12,422 nucleotides of DNA from a virus (lineage: Duplodnaviria; Heunggongvirae; Uroviricota; Caudoviricetes). The position numbers and the translations under genes are program-made. This document shows positions 1-6,346 of this stretch, piece after piece. The notes beneath the pieces are model-generated. The model was not told where the DNA came from and did no database searches. It was given only the letters and a program-made list of their open reading frames with translations. Numbering within the stretch: position 1 is the first letter of the stretch; each line of letters begins with the position of its first letter. Where the stretch lies: IMG/VR virus record IMGVR_UViG_2619619131_000008, positions 1 to 12,422 of that record; one strand, 5' to 3'.

Positions 1-312
1 AGGCTCCGGAAGACGGTTGTTGCGCACGTATTCGGTGAACGCACTATGGCGACGCTGGGGCGTCTTATGAGCCTGCTGTCACCCTTTGACGTGGTGATAT
101 GGATGACGGATGGCTGGCCGCTGTATGAATCCCGCCTGAAGGGAAAGCTGCACGTAATCAGCAAGCGATATACGCAGCGAATTGAGCGGCATAACCTGAA
201 TCTGAGGCAGCACCTGGCACGGCTGGGACGGAAGTCGCTGTCGTTCTCAAAATCGGTGGAGCTGCATGACAAAGTCATCGGGCATTATCTGAACATAAAA
301 CACTATCAATAA
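1..312 (+). CDS. insB: IS1 transposase InsB, C-terminal part (5'-truncated by window edge)
   Basis: Frame 1 is open from position 1 to TAA at 310-312. Translation [48 protein letters not shown]… matches recalled InsB. Confidence 0.85.
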   Translation, partial: RLRKTVVAHVFGERTMATLGRLMSLLSPFDVVIWMTDGWPLYESRLKGKLHVISKRYTQRIERHNLNLRQHLARLGRKSLSFSKSVELHDKVIGHYLNIKHYQ

Positions 313-327
313 GTTGGAGTCATTACC
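1..327 (+). mobile_element. IS1 insertion sequence, 3' portion (5' part lies outside the window); right terminal inverted repeat ends at about 327
   Basis: Window starts inside a sequence I recognise as IS1 (…CTCCGGAAGACGGTTGTTGCGCACGTATTCGGTGAACGCACTATGGCGACG…). ORF translates to the InsB C-terminus (…HYLNIKHYQ). Characteristic IS1 end …CACTATCAATAAGTTGGAGTCATTACC at 301-327. Confidence 0.9.
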
Positions 328-392
328 TCCAAATCTGAATAATTAAGTTCAGCACTGTAAATAAAATTTAATCCTTAACTGGAGGTATATCT

Positions 393-605
393 ATGTCAAA
401 TACACAGAAAATTATTAACACTGAAAAATATAACGAGTGGGTGAAAAAATTCTCTGAACAGATTTTTAAAATTACTGGCGACGAGAATGTGGCAAAAAAT
501 GAATTAGAACCGTGGACACCTGAAGGAAACGCACCAAATTATTGCTGGTGGGAGGTTGATCCGGTTGATGCTGCAAATGAAGCCATGAGTTACCACAACG
601 ATTAA
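393..605 (+). CDS. hypothetical 70-aa protein (AT-rich moron gene)
   Basis: ATG at 393 preceded by GGAGG (381-385) at good spacing. Visibly AT-rich sequence immediately after the IS1 end. No recognisable family. Confidence 0.5.
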   Translation: MSNTQKIINTEKYNEWVKKFSEQIFKITGDENVAKNELEPWTPEGNAPNYCWWEVDPVDAANEAMSYHND

Positions 606-615
606 TGTCGGGAGG

Positions 616-631
616 CCGCCCGAAAGGGCGG
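616..631 (+). other. intergenic GNRA-tetraloop stem-loop (CCGCCC-GAAA-GGGCGG), not followed by a U-tract
   Basis: Perfect 6-bp GC-rich stem with GAAA loop between the stop at 605 and the ATG at 638. No downstream T-run, so it is not a canonical intrinsic terminator. Confidence 0.5.
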
Positions 632-637
632 TAAGAA

Positions 638-856
638 ATGACTACATTATTCAGAAAAGAATATCCGCAAAAAAGTAGAGCGACAGAATTTTTGTTTCTC
701 ATTCTGTTTATCGTATTGATGATACCGATATCCCCTCTAATTTTTGTCTGGGCAATCGGGAAAATAATTGAGCCAGTTACTGAATTGTATACCGACGTTG
801 TATGGGCGTCGTTCAACACACTGCACAATAAAATTAATCCGTATAAGGAAAACTGA
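638..856 (+). CDS. hypothetical small membrane protein (72 aa, one predicted TM helix: FLFLILFIVLMIPISPLIFVWAIG)
   Basis: ORF in the same AT-rich island with a long hydrophobic segment. Weak RBS. Stop TGA 854-856 is directly followed by the next start at 858. Confidence 0.45.
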   Translation: MTTLFRKEYPQKSRATEFLFLILFIVLMIPISPLIFVWAIGKIIEPVTELYTDVVWASFNTLHNKINPYKEN

Positions 857-857
857 T

Positions 858-1121
858 ATGGCAACTTTGACAAAAAAAGAACGGGCATGGTTGAACGAAT
901 TACAGGAAGTTCTTGATCGCTGTCCATCACCGAAAAAAATTGGCTTTTACACCATTGGCGATAAAAGCATTTACCTGTATGACCTACGTCGCATGGATGA
1001 AATCATGGAGGCTCTTGATAATCGTTCGTCGATGGATTGGTGTGTTGCTGTTCATGATATGAATGCAGGGTTTGATGAAAAGATTTTGTTCCCCTCATCA
1101 GTTGAAAGCACTGCGGGTTAA
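858..1121 (+). CDS. hypothetical phage protein (87 aa)
   Basis: ATG at 858 preceded by AAGGAAAA. The longer ORF-track form (768..1121) would overlap the upstream gene and was not used. No family recognised. Confidence 0.55.
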   Translation: MATLTKKERAWLNELQEVLDRCPSPKKIGFYTIGDKSIYLYDLRRMDEIMEALDNRSSMDWCVAVHDMNAGFDEKILFPSSVESTAG

Positions 1122-1131
1122 GGAGTAACAC

Positions 1132-1299
1132 ATGACCACTATTACCAAAGAACGTATTGAATTGTTCATTAAAAACCCGCTTGAAAACGGGCTTACCCGT
1201 GGTGAACAAATGGAACTGGCACGGATTGCGCTGGCATCGCTGGAAGCAGAGCCGGTTGTGTTCTGGTTTGAAAAATATCAAGAAGGGGCTACGGCATGA
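1132..1299 (+). CDS. hypothetical small protein (55 aa), paralogous to the next gene
   Basis: Absent from the ORF track (<60 aa). ATG at 1132 with AGGAG at 1121-1125. Translation [55 protein letters not shown]. Stop overlaps the next start (ATGA at 1296-1299). Confidence 0.5.
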   Translation: MTTITKERIELFIKNPLENGLTRGEQMELARIALASLEAEPVVFWFEKYQEGATA

Positions 1300-1541
1300 C
1301 GACTTTTACCAGAGAGCAGTTAATAGCTCACGCAGAGGAGACTATTGAAGCACAGAGACTGTGCATACCGGGCACAATCGACCATGACATCATCCGCACA
1401 TATAAGATGGATATTGCTGTTCTGGAAATCGCACTGGTATCGCTGGCAGCAGAGCCAGCCGGTAAATTGCATGAATACAAACCAGTGGGATATCAGCGTC
1501 TGGTCGATGAGTTAACCATGCTGGTAAAGCAGTTAACCTAG
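1296..1541 (+). CDS. hypothetical small protein (81 aa), paralogous to the previous gene
   Basis: Starts MTTFTREQ… (compare MTTITKER…) and contains [10 protein letters not shown] (compare [10 protein letters not shown]). Translationally coupled to the upstream ORF. Confidence 0.55.
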   Translation: MTTFTREQLIAHAEETIEAQRLCIPGTIDHDIIRTYKMDIAVLEIALVSLAAEPAGKLHEYKPVGYQRLVDELTMLVKQLT

Positions 1542-1636
1542 CAACTGAGGAAAGCGAAGCCAGACTGCAAATTACCGGATAAGGCGATGAGTTATCTGGA
1601 GCGGAACGGACTGATAAGCGTGGAGGATATTTTACG

Positions 1637-1720
1637 ATGACCTGGCCTGAAGCATTAACAACGGTAGGAATTGCGATGGCGGTGGCGCTGGTGGTGTATT
1701 CGATTTGCCGCTGGGGATAA
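1637..1720 (+). CDS. possible 27-aa hydrophobic peptide (MTWPEALTTVGIAMAVALVVYSICRWG), coupled to a 17-aa upstream ORF (1587-1640)
   Basis: GGAGG at 1622-1626 precedes the ATG at 1637. ATGA overlap with the tiny upstream ORF. Single hydrophobic helix. Below ORF-track size; speculative. Confidence 0.25.
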   Translation: MTWPEALTTVGIAMAVALVVYSICRWG

Positions 1721-1889
1721 AAACGGTTTGCGGGAAAAGGAGAGTTAAGTAGAATTGCAGCGGGTGCTTGAGGCTATCTGTCTCAGGCATGAACACCAAA
1801 AGGCAGATAGAGAAAAGCCCCAGTTAACATTACGCGTCCGGCAAGACGCTTAACATTAATCTGAGGCCATATCTATGCTCTACACACGT

Positions 1890-1918
1890 AGGTTAGCCTC
1901 TTACGTGCCGAAAGGCAA
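1890..1918 (-). promoter_or_regulatory. candidate Sok-like antisense promoter (minus strand: TTGCCT - 17 bp - TAACCT) directing transcription across the upstream in-frame ATG of the hok ORF
   Basis: Hexamers read from the reverse complement. Position and orientation match the canonical hok/sok layout. Not verified. Confidence 0.3.
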
Positions 1919-1931
1919 GGAGAAGCAGGCT

Positions 1932-2087
1932 ATGAAGCAGCAAAAGGCGATGCTAATCGCCCTGATCGTCATCTGTTTAACCGTCATTGTGACGGCACTG
2001 GTAACGAGGAAAGACCTCTGCGAGGTACGAATCCGAACCGGCCAGACGGAGGTCGCTGTCTTCACAGCTTACGAACCTGAGGAGTAA
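1932..2087 (+). CDS. hokD: Hok/Gef family type I toxin (51 aa), HokD/RelF-like
   Basis: Translation MKQQKAMLIALIVICLTVIVTALVTRKDLCEVRIRTGQTEVAVFTAYEPEE matches the Hok family signature (TM helix, conserved Cys, C-terminal periplasmic tail). AAGGAG at 1916-1921. An in-frame upstream ATG at 1875 could give a 70-aa form. Confidence 0.85.
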   Translation: MKQQKAMLIALIVICLTVIVTALVTRKDLCEVRIRTGQTEVAVFTAYEPEE

Positions 2088-2155
2088 GAGACCTGGCGGG
2101 GGAGAAATCCCTCGCCACCTCTGATGTGTCAGGCATCCTCAACGCACCCGCACTT

Positions 2156-2182
2156 AACCCGCTTCGGCGGGTTTTGTTTTTT
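2156..2182 (+). terminator. rho-independent terminator downstream of hok (AACCCGC-TTCG-GCGGGTT followed by a T-run)
   Basis: GC stem-loop followed by TTTGTTTTTT, seen directly. Confidence 0.6.
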
Positions 2183-2254
2183 CCTGGCATTCTGGTTTAC
2201 AATTCGCACGTCAGCCTGAACACCTGACACCTGCTGCGCCAGCAGAGAAAACAG

Positions 2255-2527
2255 ATGGCGCACAAAACCAAATTTCACAATTCTGATACCGACCTTGCCA
2301 TCCGGCATGAGCGGCGTTCACACGCATTTAAAACCGACTGGTACCAACACCCACCATGTACTGAAGAACAGGCCGAATGGCTGATTCATTCTTACCGCAG
2401 GCGCGGGTTCGAGGTTAAGAAAGCTCTCAGCCTCGATTATCGTCACTGGATAATCTCCGTCAGGCTTCCTTACTCTGAACGCCCACCGCGTCCGTCCCGC
2501 ACATTCCAGCAACGCATCTGGAGGTAA
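2255..2527 (+). CDS. hypothetical protein (90 aa) in the position occupied by rem in the Qin prophage
   Basis: ORF between hokD and the ydfU-like gene. Weak RBS. Synteny only; the K-12 Rem sequence is not recalled well enough to confirm. Confidence 0.45.
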   Translation: MAHKTKFHNSDTDLAIRHERRSHAFKTDWYQHPPCTEEQAEWLIHSYRRRGFEVKKALSLDYRHWIISVRLPYSERPPRPSRTFQQRIWR

Positions 2528-2528
2528 C

Positions 2529-3578
2529 GTGCGGGTATTACTTCGACCTGTTCTGGTACCGGAACTCGGGCTGGTGATCGTTAAGCCGGGCCGTGAATCC
2601 ATGCCGGTATTCCACAATACCCGGGTACTGGTGGAGCCGGAACCGAAAAGCATGCGTAATCTGTCGTCCGGGGTCGTTCCTGCCGTTCGCCAGCCGCTGG
2701 CGGAGGATAAATCATTACTGCCATTTTTCAGCGACGAACGAGTGATTCGTGCTGCTGGTGGCGCTGGCGCATTGTCTGACTGGTTACTGCGCCATGTTAA
2801 ATCCTGCCAGTGGCCACACGGCGATTATCACCACAGTGAAACCGTCATTCACCGTTATGGTACCGGCGCAATGGTGTTGTGCTGGCACTGCGACAACCAG
2901 TTGCGTGACCAGACCTCCGAATCACTTGAGCAACTTGCTCACCAAAACCTGTCAGCATGGATGATTGACGTCATTCGTCACGCAATGAATGGCACACAGG
3001 AGCGTGAATTATCGCTGGCTGAATTATCCTGGTGGGCGGCCTGCAATCAGGTGGTGGATGCACTACCTGAGGCAGTAGCGCGTCGTTCGCTGGGATTACC
3101 AGCGGAAAAAATCCGCTCCGTATACCGTGAGAGTGACATCGTACCGGGAGAACAGACAGCCATCAGCATACTGAAGCAGCGCACAAAAAATATTGCGCTG
3201 CCACTTCACGTCCACCAGCAACAAAATCCACCACAGGAAAAGACGGTGGTCAGCATTGCCGTTGATCCGGAGTCTCCGGAATCCTTCATGAAACGACCTA
3301 AACGTCGCCGCTGGGTTAACGAGAAATACACGCGCTGGGTGAAGACACAGCCGTGTGCGTGTTGTGGTAAGCCAGCCGACGATCCCCATCACCTGATTGG
3401 TCATGGTCAGGGCGGAATGGGGACAAAATCTCACGATATTTTCACGCTACCGCTGTGTCGGGAGCATCACAACGAGCTTCATGCGGATCCGCTGGCGTTC
3501 GAAGAAAAGCATGGCTCTCAGGTTGATTTAATTTTTCGTTTTCTTGATCACGCCTTTGCAACCGGCGTGCTCGGGTAA
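2529..3578 (+). CDS. ydfU: DUF968/YdfU-family lambdoid prophage protein with C-terminal HNH-like zinc-binding motif (CACCGKPADDPHH … CREHHNELH)
   Basis: 349-aa ORF from GTG at 2529 (GGAGG at 2520-2524). Strong resemblance to recalled Qin YdfU (MRVLLRPVLVPELGL…). Synteny hokD-rem-ydfU-Q. Confidence 0.8.
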   Translation: MRVLLRPVLVPELGLVIVKPGRESMPVFHNTRVLVEPEPKSMRNLSSGVVPAVRQPLAEDKSLLPFFSDERVIRAAGGAGALSDWLLRHVKSCQWPHGDYHHSETVIHRYGTGAMVLCWHCDNQLRDQTSESLEQLAHQNLSAWMIDVIRHAMNGTQERELSLAELSWWAACNQVVDALPEAVARRSLGLPAEKIRSVYRESDIVPGEQTAISILKQRTKNIALPLHVHQQQNPPQEKTVVSIAVDPESPESFMKRPKRRRWVNEKYTRWVKTQPCACCGKPADDPHHLIGHGQGGMGTKSHDIFTLPLCREHHNELHADPLAFEEKHGSQVDLIFRFLDHAFATGVLG

Positions 3579-3590
3579 AAGAGGTTACTG

Positions 3591-3965
3591 ATGCGTATAG
3601 AGTTTGTTTTGCCTTACCCGCCGACGGTGAACACCTACTGGCGACGTCGTGGCAGCACATATTTTGTATCAAAAGCCGGTGAGCGTTATCGCCGGGCTGT
3701 GGCGCTTATTGTTCGCCAGCAGCGGCTGAAATTAAGCCTGTCCGGAAGGCTGGCGATAAAGATTATTGCCGCGCCACCGGATAAGCGCCGCCGTGACCTG
3801 GACAATATTCTGAAAGCGCCGCTGGATGCGCTGACGCATGCGGGGTTGCTAATGGACGATGAGCAGTTTGATGAAATCAATATCGTTCGTGCTCAGCCAG
3901 TATCTGGTGGACGTCTGGGGGTGAAGATTTACCCCATAATGCTTGCAGGGCAGGTCAAAAAATGA
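3591..3965 (+). CDS. rusA: RusA-family Holliday junction resolvase
   Basis: 124 aa. RusA-like motifs (YPPTVNTYW near the N-terminus, RRRDLDN acidic catalytic motif). AAGAGG RBS. Typical nin-region position just upstream of Q. Confidence 0.85.
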   Translation: MRIEFVLPYPPTVNTYWRRRGSTYFVSKAGERYRRAVALIVRQQRLKLSLSGRLAIKIIAAPPDKRRRDLDNILKAPLDALTHAGLLMDDEQFDEINIVRAQPVSGGRLGVKIYPIMLAGQVKK

Positions 3966-4783
3966 AACTGGAAGATTTACCGAAATACTACTCCCCAAAA
4001 TCCCCCGGCCTGACTGATGCATCGGCCTCAACGTCGAAAGATGCGCTGAGTATCACTGATGTGATGGCCGCGCAGGGCATGACACAGAATCGGGCTGAGA
4101 TGGGGTTTTCTGCGTTCCTTGGTAAAATGGGCATTAGTATGAATGACAGAGAGCGGGCAACAGAATTGCTGACAGAATATGCACTCAGTCGGTGTGATCG
4201 CGTGGCGGCGTTAAGAAAACTCCCGGCAGAAATAAAACCGGTAGTGATGCGCATTATGGCTTCGTACGCTTTTGAGGATTATGCCCGTAGCGCAGCGAGT
4301 AAAAAACAGTGCCCCTGCTGTCACGGAAAAAAATTTATTGAAAGCGAGGTTTTTACAAACAAGATCCAGTATCCGGATGGTAAGCCGCCGGTATGGGCAA
4401 AGTGTACGAAAGGTGTGTATCCGTCTTACTGGGAAGAATGGAAAAAAGTCAGGGAGGTGGTAAAAGTTGCCTGTCCGGAGTGTGGCGGAAAGGGTGAGGT
4501 TTCCACCGCCTGTAAGGATTGCCGTGGGCGTGGTGTCGCCATTCATCGTGAAGAGTCGGTAAAACGTGGTATGCCTGTTATCAGAGACTGCCAGCGTTGT
4601 GGTGGTCGTGGCTGTGAAAGACTACCATCAACGGAGGCATTTAATGCCATATGCAAAGTGACGAGTGCTATCACGCTTGATACGTGGAAAAAATCAGTGA
4701 AACGCTTTTACGATACGTTGGTGGTTCGGTTTGACATTGAAGAGGCATGGGCGGAGCGGCAGTTAAAGAGGGTAACGCGATAG
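3962..4783 (+). CDS. putative late-gene antiterminator (Q-like, QuuQ/YdfT-like) with four DnaJ-type CxxCxGxG zinc-finger repeats
   Basis: 273-aa ORF coupled to rusA (ATGA overlap). Sits immediately upstream of a lambda-like pR' promoter and tR' terminator. Contains CPCCHGKK, CPECGGKG, CKDCRGRG, CQRCGGRG. Assignment rests on synteny and recalled Qin organisation. Confidence 0.6.
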   Translation: MKLEDLPKYYSPKSPGLTDASASTSKDALSITDVMAAQGMTQNRAEMGFSAFLGKMGISMNDRERATELLTEYALSRCDRVAALRKLPAEIKPVVMRIMASYAFEDYARSAASKKQCPCCHGKKFIESEVFTNKIQYPDGKPPVWAKCTKGVYPSYWEEWKKVREVVKVACPECGGKGEVSTACKDCRGRGVAIHREESVKRGMPVIRDCQRCGGRGCERLPSTEAFNAICKVTSAITLDTWKKSVKRFYDTLVVRFDIEEAWAERQLKRVTR

Positions 4784-4788
4784 TGTTG

Positions 4789-4828
4789 TTGATTTTTCCC
4801 GAATCTGTGGTAAATTCGCTCTAACGAT
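4789..4828 (+). promoter_or_regulatory. pR'-like late promoter (-35 TTGATT, extended -10 TGgTAAATT) with downstream AACGAT pause-like element (putative Q engagement region)
   Basis: The -10 hexamer TAAATT and the downstream …AACGATGGG… closely resemble the lambda pR' region as recalled. Located 6 bp after the Q-like stop. Confidence 0.6.
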
Positions 4829-4865
4829 GGGCGTTTTATGCCTGACGTTAGAAGATTTTTTACAC

Positions 4866-4887
4866 CCCGCCGCCTGGCGGGTTTTTT
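4866..4887 (+). terminator. tR'-like intrinsic terminator (CCCGCC-GCCT-GGCGGG + TTTTTT)
   Basis: Perfect 6-bp GC stem followed by a T6 run about 45-65 nt downstream of the pR' start region; would yield a short 6S-like leader RNA. Confidence 0.7.
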
Positions 4888-5009
4888 ATGACTGAAATCG
4901 CGTCAGTACAGTAAACGCGCTGGTGGCGGTGAATACCTGTCTTTCAGCTTGCTGGCTTTTTCGACAAGAGTTATTGGTGTGTCACGTTAACCGGAAAAGG
5001 GAAAAAGAC

Positions 5010-5207
5010 ATGCTAAAACAGCAGGATATGACAGAAACCGCCAGAGTAGTGTTTAATGAATTAAGCGTTACCGAACCGGCGACAGTCGGGGAGATTGCAC
5101 AGAATACTTACCTTTCACGCGAACGCTGCCAGTTAATACTGACCCAGCTGGTTATGGCGGGTCTGGCAGACTATCAGTGCGGTTGTTACAGACGCCTTCA
5201 GTCCTGA
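5010..5207 (+). CDS. hypothetical 65-aa protein, possibly a small helix-turn-helix DNA-binding protein
   Basis: ATG at 5010 preceded by AAAAGGGAAAAAG. Segment TVGEIAQNTYLSRERCQLILTQLVMAGL resembles an HTH. Start chosen over the longer 4923 form. Confidence 0.45.
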   Translation: MLKQQDMTETARVVFNELSVTEPATVGEIAQNTYLSRERCQLILTQLVMAGLADYQCGCYRRLQS

Positions 5208-5220
5208 AGGCTTTTTATTT
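5193..5220 (+). terminator. rho-independent terminator (GCCTTCAG…CTGAAGGC + TTTTTATTT) overlapping the stop of the 65-aa gene
   Basis: Near-perfect 8-bp inverted repeat followed by a T-rich run. Confidence 0.5.
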
Positions 5221-5274
5221 GTGGTGAATGGGCGGCTGGTGGGGGGCGACACCTGTCAGTCCTTTGCTTATGTG

Positions 5275-5305
5275 TTGATGATAATTTACCTTTTGGGGCT
5301 ATAAT
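5275..5305 (+). promoter_or_regulatory. candidate sigma70 promoter for the AraC-family gene (-35 TTGATG, -10 TATAAT)
   Basis: Consensus TATAAT at 5300-5305. The -35 spacing is slightly long (about 19 bp), so uncertain. Confidence 0.35.
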
Positions 5306-5340
5306 TGAGCTAACCAATTGCTAATGAAAGTAAAATTATA

Positions 5341-6054
5341 ATGGCTGTTGTCTGTTCAGTTATCATGGTTTGCTCCCCAATTAATATTTTTCTTGAAAAG
5401 GATACGTTGTCACTTAAGCCAGGCTCAGTTGTTCTGGCCACCAAATGCATCAGGGAGCTTTTCCTTATGCATTATGGCAAAGTTAAAATTGTCGATATAA
5501 GCGAATCCGTCGTAAGTCAATATCTGGAAAGTCAGCATAAGCTGACGAGGACTCGTCTGACTGACATTCCGCTTTACCTGTTGCTGGAACCCAACAATCC
5601 TGCGTTGGCTGCGGCTTTAATTACCAGCCAGGGATTTTCCGGAGAGGCCACGGATATGTTTCTTATGATGGCCTGCCTGTCTCTGTTTGAAACAGATGAA
5701 CGGATGTCATTGTTTTTAAGTGGATGTTTATCCAGCATAAGTGCCAAAGTCAGGGCGATAATTCAGACAGATATATCAGCAAGCTGGACGCTTTGTGCGA
5801 TTGCTCTACAGTTGCATATGAGTGAGAGTTTGTTAAAGACAAAACTGAAAAATGAAGGGGGCATGTTCAGTCGCTTGTTGCTGGAAGAGCGGATGCGTGT
5901 TGCTGTAAATATGTTATGTTCCCGGCATGGATATGGACAGGCTATAGCAGAAAAATGCGGTTATTCAAGCAGGTCCTACTTTATTTCTGTATTTCACCGC
6001 TATTATGGCTTCCCGCCAGACAGATATGTATCCAGGCAAGGGCTTGATTATTGA
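5341..6054 (+). CDS. AraC/XylS-family transcriptional regulator (prophage-encoded, AppY/Psr/PatE-like class)
   Basis: 237 aa. C-terminal double-HTH signature of the AraC family (…AIAEKCGYSSRSYFISVFHRYYGFPPDRY…). N-terminus MAVVCSV… resembles prophage AppY-type regulators as recalled. Visibly AT-rich gene and upstream region. Alternative downstream starts are possible. Confidence 0.8.
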   Translation: MAVVCSVIMVCSPINIFLEKDTLSLKPGSVVLATKCIRELFLMHYGKVKIVDISESVVSQYLESQHKLTRTRLTDIPLYLLLEPNNPALAAALITSQGFSGEATDMFLMMACLSLFETDERMSLFLSGCLSSISAKVRAIIQTDISASWTLCAIALQLHMSESLLKTKLKNEGGMFSRLLLEERMRVAVNMLCSRHGYGQAIAEKCGYSSRSYFISVFHRYYGFPPDRYVSRQGLDY

Positions 6055-6082
6055 TTTTCATCTGATTATTATTTTTTGGCTC

Positions 6083-6158
6083 GGCCCTTTAGCTCAGTGG
6101 TGAGAGCGAGCGACTCATAATCGCCAGGTCGCTGGTTCAAATCCAGCAAGGGCCACCA
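6083..6158 (+). tRNA. ileZ: tRNA-Ile2 (anticodon CAU, lysidine-type; ileZ/ileX-like), with encoded CCA
   Basis: Cloverleaf readable by eye: GGCCCTT acceptor, D arm GCTCAGTGGTGAGAGC, anticodon loop CTCATAA, T arm GGTTCAAATCC, 3' CCA. Very similar to recalled E. coli ileX. Anticodon alone would also fit Met. Confidence 0.85.
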
Positions 6159-6165
6159 TCACATA

Positions 6166-6239
6166 CCGCCATTAGCTCATCAGGAAAGAGCGCCAGCCTT
6201 CGAAGCTGGTTGCGCGGAGTTCGGATCCCCGAAGGCGGT
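6166..6239 (+). tRNA. argN: tRNA-Arg-like (anticodon read as UCG; argN-like), with non-canonical stem pairs
   Basis: Acceptor CCGCCAT/AAGGCGG (one A-A mismatch), D arm GCTC…GAGC, anticodon stem-loop CCAGC-CTTCGAA-GCTGG, T arm CGGAG-TTCGGAT-CCCCG (one A-C mismatch). 3' end is TCA rather than CCA. Confidence 0.55.
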
Positions 6240-6255
6240 TCATTATCTGTATCCT

Positions 6256-6332
6256 GCGTTGTTAGCTCAGCCGGACAGAGCAATTGCCTTCTAAGCAATC
6301 GGTCACTGGTTCGAATCCAGTACAACGCGCCA
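6256..6332 (+). tRNA. argO: tRNA-Arg (anticodon UCU; argO/argU-like), with encoded CCA
   Basis: Acceptor GCGTTGT/ACAACGC, D arm GCTCAGCCGGACAGAGC, anticodon loop CTTCTAA, T arm CTGGTTCGAATCCAG, discriminator G + CCA. Confidence 0.85.
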
Positions 6333-6346
6333 GACTTATTTTTCCC

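Noticed and set aside
472-930. 152-aa minus-strand ORF
   Set aside because: Lies antisense across three + strand ORFs that have good starts. No RBS. Likely a shadow ORF.
768-1121. 117-aa long form of the 858-1121 gene
   Set aside because: Would overlap the upstream 638-856 ORF by about 90 nt and lacks an RBS. The ATG at 858 with AAGGAAAA is the better start.
1548-1931. relB/relE antitoxin-toxin genes upstream of hokD, as in the K-12 Qin prophage
   Set aside because: No ORF here resembles RelB or RelE. The region contains only tiny ORFs and leader-like structure.
2318-2653. 111-aa minus-strand ORF
   Set aside because: Antisense to the Rem-position ORF and the start of the ydfU-like gene. 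No start signals.
2749-2964. 71-aa + strand ORF
   Set aside because: Alternative frame entirely inside the ydfU-like gene.
3096-3434. 112-aa minus-strand ORF
   Set aside because: Antisense inside the ydfU-like gene. Shadow ORF.
4211-4546. 111-aa minus-strand ORF and 63-aa + ORF (4272-4463)
   Set aside because: Both lie inside the Q-like gene in other frames with no start signals.
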